The translations under genes and the position numbers were made by a program. DNA of 64,000 bases from Haplodiscus bocki (taxonomy: Eukaryota): NCBI GenBank assembly GCA_965655095.1, contig OZ296652.1, positions 57,784,001 through 57,848,000 on the forward strand. Direction: 5' to 3'. Below, one piece after another: positions 37,807-48,229 of the stretch. The notes beneath the pieces are model-generated. The model had not been told where the DNA came from. It did not search any database and was given only the letters and a program-made list of their open reading frames with translations. The first letter of the stretch is position 1; each line of letters opens with the position of its first letter.

Positions 37807-40800
37807 TTAATTCCAAGGTATACTTTTAATATTATCTAAATAATTCCTTTTATCATCGAAAATACTCAAAGTCGTCTTTTTAATTCCTTGCATATACATA
37901 TCATGACTAATTGATTTTAAAATATAATTAACACATTCATTTTCTAATTCTTCAACATCTAAACAGATTTTATATTCCTCGAATTTAAAATTTTTTGATT
38001 GACTTTAAGATATACCTTTTAGTTTATTCTTATCTTCTTCCTTATCTTTACACTTAAAAGCATACATTTTACTTCTTAATGCTATGAATTCATCTATAAA
38101 TATATTTTTAGGTGTTTCTATTTTAAATTTTCCAAATACTTTTTTATTCTTTTCACTATATAACTCATGGTTTTCATCTATATTACTAAAATCAATTATA
38201 TCTTCTAAATTTTTCAAGTCTTTAATTATTTTTTCTGATTTTATACTCAATACAAAACTATCACAGTCTATATAATGTAATTGTAAATTTTCCTGACCAA
38301 AGTATGGTTGTAATGTATCATAATATGTTTCATACATATGTAATTTACTCAATTCTAATATAGCAAATCCTAAATATATAGGCTTATCCATTAATATTTC
38401 ATGTTCTTTTTCAAGATAACTATCACAATTACCAAAACTTTTACATATACCATTAAATGTTAATTTTCTTTGCCATCTTAAAAATTTTATTATAATTATC
38501 CCTTTTAATGATCTCTATTTTACATCTGTTCCTAAAATTTTCCGTAGTTTTACCGTAAAAAGCATTATTTAATAATTTATAGAAGTCTTTTTCAAAATCG
38601 TTTACTGCTTGATTTCTTTTTTGTGTAATAAAATCAATATATTTTTCTAACCATTTATTTTGTTTAAAGGATATTACTCTATGAACTTGTTTAATTTTCA
38701 TACCATGCCTAACATAAAATTTTAACATTCTATAATGAATTAAATAATTTCTCTTATCAGTCCAATCGCAAATTAATTTTTTATGAGATACATAATTTTT
38801 AGGCATCATTGATTTTATATATGGACCAAAATCATTTTTAGATATAGTTTTATTTTCAGGACAGAATGGAAAATACTTACTTTTTTGCCTTATACTATAA
38901 GGATATTCAAGATCGACTTCTAAAAAGTAACCAAAATCGTTATCATCTGGAGTATTTAATATTTCTTCTAAACAAACATTATCTGTTTCAAATTTAATAT
39001 TATCATAAGGTAAAAGTTGACTCATACCAAAACCATATAAATTATTAGCATCTACATATAATATATTTGTATTTTCATCTGATTTTACATACCTATCTCC
39101 CATAACACCAGATATACCACCTCTTATACCATTTTCTAATAATAAAATCATTTCTTTATCTTGTAGTGTTTGTAATTTGATATTTGTATATTTTAAACCA
39201 CAAGCCCAAGTATAACCAGGTAAGCTAACAAAATACAATGGACTTATTCCAAATTCATTTTGTGATACTTTTATAAATTTTTCAAAAACACATGCTAATA
39301 AAACATCACTTTTACAATATAATTCTGTTAATTCTTTACCATCTTTAATTTTGAATTTTTTAATAATTTCTCTTGTTCTATCAATTTCTTTATCATCGGG
39401 GCATTTATTTTTTAATTTACTAAAAAAATCTTTATTTTCTAAATTTTCTAAATTATTAACAGGTTTGTTATAATCTTCGATACTATTAAAATATTCATAA
39501 GGATATGCTAATTTTTTAGTTAAATACCTCCACTTATCAGGAAATTCTGTTTTTAATATTTTAAGGTCGTTTTCTCCTATATAATCTAAAAATGCTTCTT
39601 CTAATTCATTAATTTTATCAGGATATTTTTTCTTTAAATCACCAATAGATTTATTTCTTTTGGTTTTATCAATCATGTTTTCTAATTCATTAATGATATC
39701 TAATATTTTATCATCTCCAATAACTTCTTTTTTCAAGTTTTTAAGTGTTTTATGGCTGTTATCAACTAATGTTTTAACTAATTTACCTAAACTACTTGAT
39801 AAGAATCTATATGTATCTATAAACCTAATACATCCATATTTAACTGAAATATATTTTTCGTCTGTTTTAGGAATTATCTCAAATTTTACATTATCTTTTT
39901 TTCTATCAACTAATGTTTTAAAGAACATATGACAATCATAGTTACTAAAATTATGTAGACCAATTGTTATGAAATTACTATCTTTTTGCTTAACTTGTAA
40001 ATTACATTCATTATGAGCCGGTCCTCTATAATTACCTGTTAAATGACAATGATCCCTAACTTTATCTGTTTCAATATATTTTTCACAATATCGACAAATA
40101 TTATCATTTTCAAAGTCTTGTTTATTTTCTTCTGTCATAATGATATCTTTGTTAGTATTTTTAAACCAAAAGTTCATTTTATTTTTTTCTAATTTAATAA
40201 TTTCATCTACAAACCAATTAATATTTTCATAACCTAAAGGAGATTTATGATAATCACTTTTCAAAATATGATCTAAATCTGATACAATTTGTTATCCATT
40301 ACATACTGGTTCTTGTTTATAAATATTAGTTGTTTTGTCTCCAATATTAGTAATTTCTTTTTTATTATCAGCTTCAAAATCCGCATATATTCTAAAATAT
40401 AATTTATTCTTCTGAAAATATTTCTTCCAATATATATGTGAGTTAGGGGAAGTTTTTAATTGTTGATTTTCTTGACATAATTTTTTATGTTTAACTAACA
40501 TACTATTAGTTGTATATGAATTTAAGCACTTTCTACAGACATATTTACAATCATGTTTTCCTATAAAGACATTTGATTTTTTAATGAGAACATAATGATT
40601 TTTATAAATTAATAAATCAATGACTTTATCTGATTCATTTTTACTTATCTCAATAGGGATTAATTTATGTTTATTTTGATCGAAACCTAATTCATATATG
40701 TTTATTGATAAGTTGTTTAATTTCTCAAATCTATACATATCACTGCATTTGAAACCATTAGTAAAATCAAAACCTTCTATGTTTAATTCGTTAAAATATT

Positions 40801-41887
40801 TTCTATAACTTGATACTATATTAGAATTATTTTCACAAGGATGTAGTTTAGCTAAAATTGACCACAAGAAACAATATTTATCATCGTTTTTAATATTTAA
40901 TATAGCAGAAGATCTTAATGGTATTTCAATATAACTAGAACCATCCATATTACCAGTATTATAGAAAGATATTGTCATTGAATTAACTCTTTGAAAAACC
41001 CATCCTGATTCTCTCATCTCTAAACTTTGTTTCCTAGCTTCTAAATCCCATTGAATATTAACATTATCTATCTCAGATTGAGTTAAATTAGTAATCATAC
41101 TTGAATTGATAGACATTTCTGCTTCCCTTCTAATATCACCATCTTCTTCAAATTTATAAAATAATAACATAAAGGATAATTGATATTTAAACTTATACTG
41201 TTTTATAAATTTAGCATATATATGACTCATTTCTTCAAATATCTTGTCAATATAATACACTTCTATTCCAGTATTATCAAATTTTGATGTAATTGTTAAT
41301 TGTAAATTCAAATCTTTCTTATGGTGTCTATCTACAGAAATATCATATATTTTATTTAATATATCATCTGAAAATTTATATTTGATTTTGTTATTTTTTT
41401 AAATATTTTTGTTCTTATTTTCATCTTTATTAATTTTTGTTCTAGGTTTAGGTTGAATTTGCTTTTTTTCTAAATGTCTTTTTGATTTTATATGCCTACT
41501 ATAACTGGCTCTATGAATATTTATTCCACAATCTTCACATCTTTTAATATTATTTTGTGCCATATTTTCTACATCTGTTTTAATTTTCTCTATTCTTAAT
41601 AATATATTATCTTTCAAGCTTTTAAATTCTACTATTCTATTATTTAACATAATTGTATCATTTTTATAGTGACTAATATCATTTCGTATCTCAGATATTC
41701 TCAAGGAAAGATCATTATATTTTTTATTTTTCTTTTTTCTATTACGAATAGCTCTCTTAATGGTTTTAATTTCTTTATACAATTCAATAATTTTGTCTTC
41801 CTTTGATTTTATATTTTTATTTACTTTCTTAATATCTCCATCCATCTTTACTTTTTGATCTAAAAGTTTATTTAATATCTGACTCAT
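37807..41887 (-). pseudogene. polB: Protein-primed family-B DNA polymerase (pPolB), left-arm copy; ancestral ORF ~1,350 aa
   Basis: ORFs 41399-41887, 40292-41311 and 38453-40264 are in frame across TAA stops. There is a frameshift near 38485 and a stop at 38005. Motifs: ExoI ADFEA, endonuclease-VII-like CRYC...DHCHLTGNYRGPAHNECN, ExoII HNFSNYD, ExoIII YCKSDV, Pol A YVDANNLYG, Pol B KLLNNAFYGK, Pol C YIDCDS. Confidence 0.92.
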
Positions 41888-41957
41888 TTATAATATATAA
41901 ATTTATTCAATTAATTTAATGTGGATAAAAGAATTCAATAATTTCATGTTTAAATAA

Positions 41958-42257
41958 ATGAATGAACAAAACCAAATAATTAAAAATTGTCGTGTTTGTG
42001 GTTATGAAAGAGAGTATGATAACTATCACAGATTATATGTTGCTTGTAAAAAATGCTCTAGTAAACGATGTGCAAAATATTATCAGAAAAACAGAGAAAA
42101 ATTATTAGAAAAATCTAGACTTTATCGAGAAAACAATAAAGATAAACTTAAACGGAATAGAAAAACTATTGATACACACACAGAAGATATACAGAATCTT
42201 TACAATCAGGCTAATATGTTAACAGAGATGATAAAAACAACAGTTTCAGTATCTTAA
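41958..42257 (+). CDS. 99-aa CxxC..CxxC zinc-ribbon protein with basic helical tail
   Basis: CRVC...CKKCSSKRCAKYYQKNREKLLEKSRLYRENNK. Intact here; the mirror copy has a nonsense change. Confidence 0.7.
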   Translation: MNEQNQIIKNCRVCGYEREYDNYHRLYVACKKCSSKRCAKYYQKNREKLLEKSRLYRENNKDKLKRNRKTIDTHTEDIQNLYNQANMLTEMIKTTVSVS

Positions 42258-42313
42258 TTAAATACATATATTTATACTCATATTCAAATATAAGAGAACA
42301 ATTGTATTTGTAA

Positions 42314-42859
42314 TTATGTATATAATTTATAACAAAAGTATCTAGTAACAGGATTAGTATTTTTACATTTTTGTATTCGATTTAAATCTAGACAATTATA
42401 TTCACATGCTAAATGTTTAAAATTATCAAAATTTTTATCTATCTGTTGTAAAATTTTAGTAGCTATCATAGGTTTTGGTATATGTTTTTTATAAAATATT
42501 GGATGAAAATCTTTAATAGAGTTATATGTAGTTATAGTTAATATATTGATTTTATGAAAATTATAACCATTATATTCTAATTCTTTTATTTTTCTATGAT
42601 TTTTAACTTGGGGAGGTAAATATATACTAAAATTATTTTCCCAAATTTTATTATTTTTTTCATTTTTAAAAGATATTTCATATTCACATTCAGCTGTGTA
42701 ACGAATAAATTTTTCTTGATGTTTTAACAAAATTGTTCTGATTAATTTCTCAGGATACATAGCTCTAATATTATAGAAAGAACCATTTAAGGTAATATTT
42801 TGTAAACTTTCAGGTTCGTTTCTCTGATAAGGTCTTTCATATTCAACTTCTAAACTCAT
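42314..42859 (-). CDS. 181-aa hypothetical element protein
   Basis: Open ORF in very AT-rich DNA starting at ataaATG; mirrored at 48990-49535. Confidence 0.7.
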   Translation of the reverse strand: MSLEVEYERPYQRNEPESLQNITLNGSFYNIRAMYPEKLIRTILLKHQEKFIRYTAECEYEISFKNEKNNKIWENNFSIYLPPQVKNHRKIKELEYNGYNFHKINILTITTYNSIKDFHPIFYKKHIPKPMIATKILQQIDKNFDNFKHLACEYNCLDLNRIQKCKNTNPVTRYFCYKLYT

Positions 42860-42911
42860 TTATATATTTCATATTTGTTTTCAATATTGAAATAAGTTTT
42901 CTATTTTTCAA

Positions 42912-43619
42912 ATGACTACTATAATGAAACAAGTAACATGTTCACTATGTAATATAAAAATCGATGAATTAGAATGGATGTATCATATATTTTCGGAAAA
43001 TCATTTACAACTTTGTGAAAACGATAAAGAAAAAGTTGCAATAAAGTTTTTCGAAATGATTTTTGATACATATTCCAAGCAAAGTGAAATATATAATTTG
43101 AAAATTAAAAAGACACTTGATTTAAGGCAATCATATTTTGCAACAAAACTACCAAAAGAGAAATTTAATCTATTATGTAGTGAATCAACTTATAAATCAG
43201 AATTAGAAGACAGTCTCACTCAAGATTTACTGAATTTCACACAGAATGCTATACACGATATTGGAAAATCATACTTCAAATCACTGGATAAGATAACATA
43301 TTGTAAACTTTGTAGTATCGAAATAAATAAATCACTTCTTTTTGATCATATTATTTCAAAAGAACACAGAGACATTGAAGATTATTTTATAATGAAATGT
43401 ATGACTTATTGTGAACGTTGTGATAAAGAAATAAAAAACGATGAATGGAGAGAGCATATATGTTCAGAAAAACATTTAGTAAAGACTAATAGTTTTGACA
43501 AATATTGTGAAGTTTGTAAAATAAGTTATTCTATTCATATGGATAACGAAGCTCACAAACACATAGAAACTGATTTTCATAAGAGAAACCTATTTAGATC
43601 ACGTTATATTTTTAAATAG
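42912..43619 (+). CDS. 235-aa protein with four U1/matrin-like C2H2 zinc fingers
   Basis: CSLC..HIFSENH, CKLC..HIISKEH, CERC..HICSEKH, CEVC..HIETDFH; intact in both arms. Confidence 0.8.
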   Translation: MTTIMKQVTCSLCNIKIDELEWMYHIFSENHLQLCENDKEKVAIKFFEMIFDTYSKQSEIYNLKIKKTLDLRQSYFATKLPKEKFNLLCSESTYKSELEDSLTQDLLNFTQNAIHDIGKSYFKSLDKITYCKLCSIEINKSLLFDHIISKEHRDIEDYFIMKCMTYCERCDKEIKNDEWREHICSEKHLVKTNSFDKYCEVCKISYSIHMDNEAHKHIETDFHKRNLFRSRYIFK

Positions 43620-43674
43620 ATTTTTATAGTTGTTAAATCAGAAAAATTATAATTATAATTACTTTTGCATATAA

Positions 43675-44133
43675 ATGAATAAAAGATTTTCATATGATAA
43701 TATGATTAAATCACGATCGATAGAACCATCTGACATAATTAGGACATTTAAACTAGATCGATGTTGTGATTTTATGGAAGAAAAATACAATATTCCTAGA
43801 TTAACTCAAAAAGAAATTTGTAATCGATTACAATTTACTGATAGAACTATTAGACGATACAGAGATGATATTAAAATGGATAGTCCTTATAGAATAAATA
43901 ATAACAAAAAGAAAAAGCCTAAACAACCATCAGATACTAAAACAGTTCCAAATAAGAGATCTAAAAACAATGTTATAAAAGTTGGTAATATTTCTGATAC
44001 TCACACAATATCTGGTAGAGAATTAATTGATCAAGCTTTTCAGAATGATAGAACAAACGCTATTTTAGAAAACAAACCAGAAGAAAATAAAAAGCTTATT
44101 ACTATAGCTAGAAGAATCATCGATAACAAATAA
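43675..44133 (+). CDS. 152-aa helix-turn-helix DNA-binding protein
   Basis: LTQKEICNRLQFTDRTIRRYRDDI is an HTH pattern, followed by a basic KKKKPK NLS-like stretch; intact in both arms. Confidence 0.75.
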   Translation: MNKRFSYDNMIKSRSIEPSDIIRTFKLDRCCDFMEEKYNIPRLTQKEICNRLQFTDRTIRRYRDDIKMDSPYRINNNKKKKPKQPSDTKTVPNKRSKNNVIKVGNISDTHTISGRELIDQAFQNDRTNAILENKPEENKKLITIARRIIDNK

Positions 44134-44161
44134 AGAACATATATGAGTTTCTTATTATTAA

Positions 44162-44557
44162 ATGGATGAAATAGAACAAGCGATAAGACAGGACGAAGAT
44201 ACAGTGATAGATGTTGCTGAAAAATTAAAACTTGTATCAAATACTAATATGGTTACAAAAGAAGAACTTTTACAGAAATTTATAGCTGAAAATGTTATAA
44301 AAAACAAAATGATTAATATTGCTGGTCAAATGTTTATAGAATATGAAAAAGAAATAGATAATTCTAATCAAATAATCAAAGGTTACGAAGATTATATCGG
44401 AGATGATAAAATCAGAAAGGATATATTAGACAAAGTCTGTTCAGATGATATAAAAGAAGATTGTTCTGATAAAGATGAAGTTTACAAAAATAATTCTATT
44501 AATAGATTTATTAAAATTTTAAATAATAATAAACCAGAAATGCTATCAAACAAATAA
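44162..44557 (+). CDS. 131-aa acidic/helical hypothetical element protein
   Basis: Open ORF starting at ttaaATG; mirrored intact at 47301-47693. Confidence 0.7.
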   Translation: MDEIEQAIRQDEDTVIDVAEKLKLVSNTNMVTKEELLQKFIAENVIKNKMINIAGQMFIEYEKEIDNSNQIIKGYEDYIGDDKIRKDILDKVCSDDIKEDCSDKDEVYKNNSINRFIKILNNNKPEMLSNK

Positions 44558-44734
44558 TGTTGAAATAATTATCAATAAAATTTTATCAACTTTTTTATGA
44601 ACGAGATATAAATTTTTATAGTATTCTAATTGGTATATTCCTTCGTTTGCAATTTCATTAACTATTTCTGTTTTCATGTATCTATTCTTATAATGTGTTT
44701 TACTATCTTTGATTTTTTCAACAATTTAAATAAT

Positions 44735-45301
44735 ATGTCGAAGTACTGCAATAGATGTAAAAGAGATTTAGAGATTGATAATTTCTATTCTTATAAGAAA
44801 AGTATTTGCAAACAATGCGTAAATAAAAAAGTTAAATGTGATTATTGTAACAAGGAATTTAATAGTACTAATTTATCCAAACACATAAAACAAATGCATA
44901 GTACCTACAATAGTACTTACAATAGTACTCACAATAGTACTTACAATAGTACTTACAATAGTACTTACAACAGTACTTACGACGATAGTACTTTTAATAA
45001 GACAGACAAAAATATTATTGTAGATGAAAATAACGATCCTTTATATCCAACAATAGAAGATGGTCTATATCTTAATAAATATAACGAATTAAAGAAAGAC
45101 AAAATATATGATATAAAAACTCGGAATCAAATAAATAGAATTCTTACTAAAAATAGAATATTACATAATAAAATAATGAATAAAATAATAACAACGAGAG
45201 AAGAAATACAATGCGAGAATAATTTAAACAAACTAAAAGATTTAGATTATTTCGATGAAAGAGTTTGTAAAATACTTTTAAAATACAAGTATCTTGATTA
45301 A
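44735..45301 (+). CDS. 188-aa zinc-finger protein with (STYN)n repeat
   Basis: Likely start MSKYCNRC (ATG 44735, rather than TTG 44630). CNRC..CKQC..CDYC..HIKQMH zinc motifs, then seven STY/H units encoded by a 12-bp tandem repeat. Confidence 0.72.
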   Translation: MSKYCNRCKRDLEIDNFYSYKKSICKQCVNKKVKCDYCNKEFNSTNLSKHIKQMHSTYNSTYNSTHNSTYNSTYNSTYNSTYDDSTFNKTDKNIIVDENNDPLYPTIEDGLYLNKYNELKKDKIYDIKTRNQINRILTKNRILHNKIMNKIITTREEIQCENNLNKLKDLDYFDERVCKILLKYKYLD

Positions 45302-45369
45302 ATTTGTGTCTCATATATACTTGTATAAGAGTATGATTTTTCTATTGTACTCGTATATATGTACTTATA

Positions 45370-46066
45370 TTTGATCGAACAAGATATTTGTATAAAGTAT
45401 TTTGATCGAACAAGATTTTTGTATAAAGTATTTTGATCGAACAAGATATTTCTATTGTACTCATATATATGTAATTATATTTAGTATATATACTTGTATA
45501 AGAGTATGATATTTGTATAAAGTATTTAATCGATCAAGATTTATGTATAAAGTATTTGATCGAACAAGATATTTGTATAAAGTATTTTGATCGAACAAGA
45601 TGTTACTATTTTACTCATATATATGTAAGTGTATTTAGTATATATACTTGTATAAGAGTACGATATTTGTATAAAGTATTTGATCGAACAAGATTTTTGT
45701 ATAAAGTATTTGATCGAACAAGATTTATGTATAAAGTATTTTGATCGAACAAGATTTATGTATAAAGTATTTTGATCGAACAAGATATTACTATTATACT
45801 CATTTATATGTAATTATATTTAGTATATATACTTGTATAAGAGTACGATATTTGTATAAAGTATTTGATCGAACAAGATTTATGTATAAAGTATTTGATC
45901 GAACAAGATATTTCTATAAAGTATTTTGATCGAACAAGATTTATGTATAAAGTATTTTGATCGAACAAGATTTATGTATAAAGTATTTTGATCGAACAAG
46001 ATTATGTTAAAAGTAATATGATCGAACAAGATTATGTAAAAAATATTATGATCGAACAAGATTATT
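45370..46066 (+). repeat. Left-arm central 30/31-bp repeat array (~17 gatcgaacaag cores) with interspersed AT-rich higher-order inserts
   Basis: Unit gtataaagtatt(t)tgatcgaacaagat(a/t)t(t/a)t, interrupted three times by an 'actcatatatatgtaa...tatatacttgtataagagta' block. Confidence 0.92.
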
Positions 46067-46346
46067 CCAAAACAGATAATTATAATTAAAATTACATAAA
46101 TTGTTACATGAGCTCAAATTTCCGACACTGCGCCGACACAGAATAAACGAATAATTGTATATACTTTTTTTGCATTATAACACTTATATAATTTCACGGT
46201 GTGCGCCGACACAGAATAAACGAATAATTGTATATATTTTTTTTGTATTATAACACTTATATAATTTCATGGTGTCCGCCCATGTCCGAAATATAAGCTC
46301 ATGTAACAATTTATGTAATTTTAATTATAATTATCTGTTTTGGAAT
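46064..46346. other. Palindrome axis: perfect inverted repeat to 46114/46296, imperfect to ~46127/46283, enclosing 2 x 73-bp direct repeats
   Basis: attccaaaacagataattataattaaaattacataaattgttacatgagct ... agctcatgtaacaatttatgtaattttaattataattatctgttttggaat. Spacer units tgcgccgacacagaataaacg...atttcacggtg start at 46129 and 46202, with a third partial (tccgcc) at 46275. Confidence 0.9.
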
Positions 46347-46487
46347 AATCTTGTTCGATCATAATACTTTTAACATAATCTTGTTCGATCATAATACTTT
46401 TAACATAATCTTGTTCGATCAAAATACTTTATACATAAATCTTGTTCGATCAAATACTTTATACAAATATCTTGTTCGATCAAATAT
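46345..46487 (-). repeat. Right-arm central 30/31-bp repeat array (5 cores)
   Basis: cttgttcgatc at ~46350, 46380, 46410, 46441, 46471. Confidence 0.9.
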
Positions 46488-46552
46488 AAGTACATATATA
46501 CGAGTACAATAGAAAAATCATACTCTTATACAAGTATATATGAGACACAAAT

Positions 46553-47119
46553 TTAATCAAGATACTTGTATTTTAAAAGTATTTTACAAACTCTTTCATC
46601 GAAATAATCTAAATCTTTTAGTTTGTTTAAATTATTCTCGTATTGTATTTCTTCTCTCGTTGTTATTATTTTATTCATTATTTTATTATGTAATATTCTA
46701 TTTTTAGTAAGAATTCTATTTATTTGATTCCGAGTTTTTATATCATATATTTTATCTTTCTTTAATTCGTTATATTTATTAAGATATAGACCATCTTCTA
46801 TTGTTGGATATAAAGGATTGTTATTTTCATCTACAATATTATTTTTGTCGGTCTTATTAAAAGTACTATCGTCGTAAGTACTGTTGTAAGTACTATTGTA
46901 AGTACTATTGTAAGTACTATTGTGAGTACTATTGTAAGTACTATTGTAAGTACTATGCATTTGTTTTATGTGTTTGGATAAATTAGTACTATTAAATTCC
47001 TTGTTACAATAATCACATTTAACTTTTTTATTTACGCATTGTTTGCAAATACTTTTCTTATAAGAATAGAAATTATCAATCTCTAAATCTCTTTTACATC
47101 TATTGCAGTACTTCAACAT
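46553..47119 (-). CDS. 188-aa ZnF/(STYN)n protein, right-arm copy
   Basis: Mirror of 44735-45301, few substitutions, intact. Confidence 0.72.
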   Translation of the reverse strand: MLKYCNRCKRDLEIDNFYSYKKSICKQCVNKKVKCDYCNKEFNSTNLSKHIKQMHSTYNSTYNSTHNSTYNSTYNSTYNSTYDDSTFNKTDKNNIVDENNNPLYPTIEDGLYLNKYNELKKDKIYDIKTRNQINRILTKNRILHNKIMNKIITTREEIQYENNLNKLKDLDYFDERVCKILLKYKYLD

Positions 47120-47300
47120 ATTATTTAAATTGTTGAAAAAATCAAAGATAGTAAAACACATTATAAGAATAGATAAATGAAAACAGAAATAGTTAATAAA
47201 ATTGCAAACGAAGGAATATACCAATTAGAATACTATAAAAATTTATATCTCGTTCATAAAAAAATTAATAAAATTTTATTGATAATTAATTCAACATTAT

Positions 47301-47693
47301 TTATTTGTTTGATAGCATTTCTCGTTTATTATTTAAAATTTTAATAAATCTATTAATAGAATTATTTTTATAAACTTCATCTTTATCAGAACAATCTTCT
47401 TTTATATCATCTGAACAGACTTTGTCTAATATATCCTTTCTGATTTTATCATCTCCGATATAATCTTCGTAACCTTCGATTATTTGATTAGAATTATCTA
47501 TTTCTTTTTCATATTCTATAAACATTTGACCAGCAACATTAATCATTTTGTTTTTTATAACATCTTTAGCTATAAATTTCTGTAAAGGTTCTTCTTTTGT
47601 AACCATATTAGTATTTGATACAAGTTTTAATTTTTCAGCAACATCTATCAGTGTATCTTCGTCCTGTCTTATCGCTTGTTCTATTTTATCCAT
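47301..47693 (-). CDS. 130-aa hypothetical protein, right-arm copy
   Basis: Mirror of 44162-44557. Confidence 0.7.
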   Translation of the reverse strand: MDKIEQAIRQDEDTLIDVAEKLKLVSNTNMVTKEEPLQKFIAKDVIKNKMINVAGQMFIEYEKEIDNSNQIIEGYEDYIGDDKIRKDILDKVCSDDIKEDCSDKDEVYKNNSINRFIKILNNKREMLSNK

Positions 47694-47718
47694 TTAATAA
47701 TAAACTCATATATGTTCT

Positions 47719-48174
47719 TTATTTGTTATCGATCATTCTTCTAGCTATAGTAATAAGCTTTTTATTATCTTCTGGTTTGTTTTCTAAAATAGCGTTTGTT
47801 CTATCATTCTGAAAAGCTTGATCAATTAATTCTCTACCAGATATTGTGTGAGTATCAGAAATATTACCACCTTTTATAACATTGTTTTTAGATCTCTTAT
47901 TTGGAACTGTTTTAGTATCTGATGGTTGTTTAGGCTTTTTTTTGTTATTATTTATTCTATAAGGACTATCCATTTTAATATCATCTCTGTATCGTCTAAC
48001 AGTTCTATCAGTAAATTGTAATCGATTACAAATTTCCTTTTGAGTTAATCTAGGATAATTGTATTTTTCTTCCATAAAATCACAACATCGATCTAGTTTA
48101 AATGTCCTAATTATGTCAGATGGTTCTATCGATCGTGATTGAATCATACTATCATAAGAAAATCTTTTATTCAT
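47719..48174 (-). CDS. 151-aa HTH protein, right-arm copy
   Basis: Mirror of 43675-44133. Confidence 0.75.
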   Translation of the reverse strand: MNKRFSYDSMIQSRSIEPSDIIRTFKLDRCCDFMEEKYNYPRLTQKEICNRLQFTDRTVRRYRDDIKMDSPYRINNNKKKPKQPSDTKTVPNKRSKNNVIKGGNISDTHTISGRELIDQAFQNDRTNAILENKPEDNKKLITIARRMIDNK

Positions 48175-48229
48175 TTATATACAAAAGTACTTATAATTAT
48201 AAATTTTCTGATTTAACAACTATAAAAAT

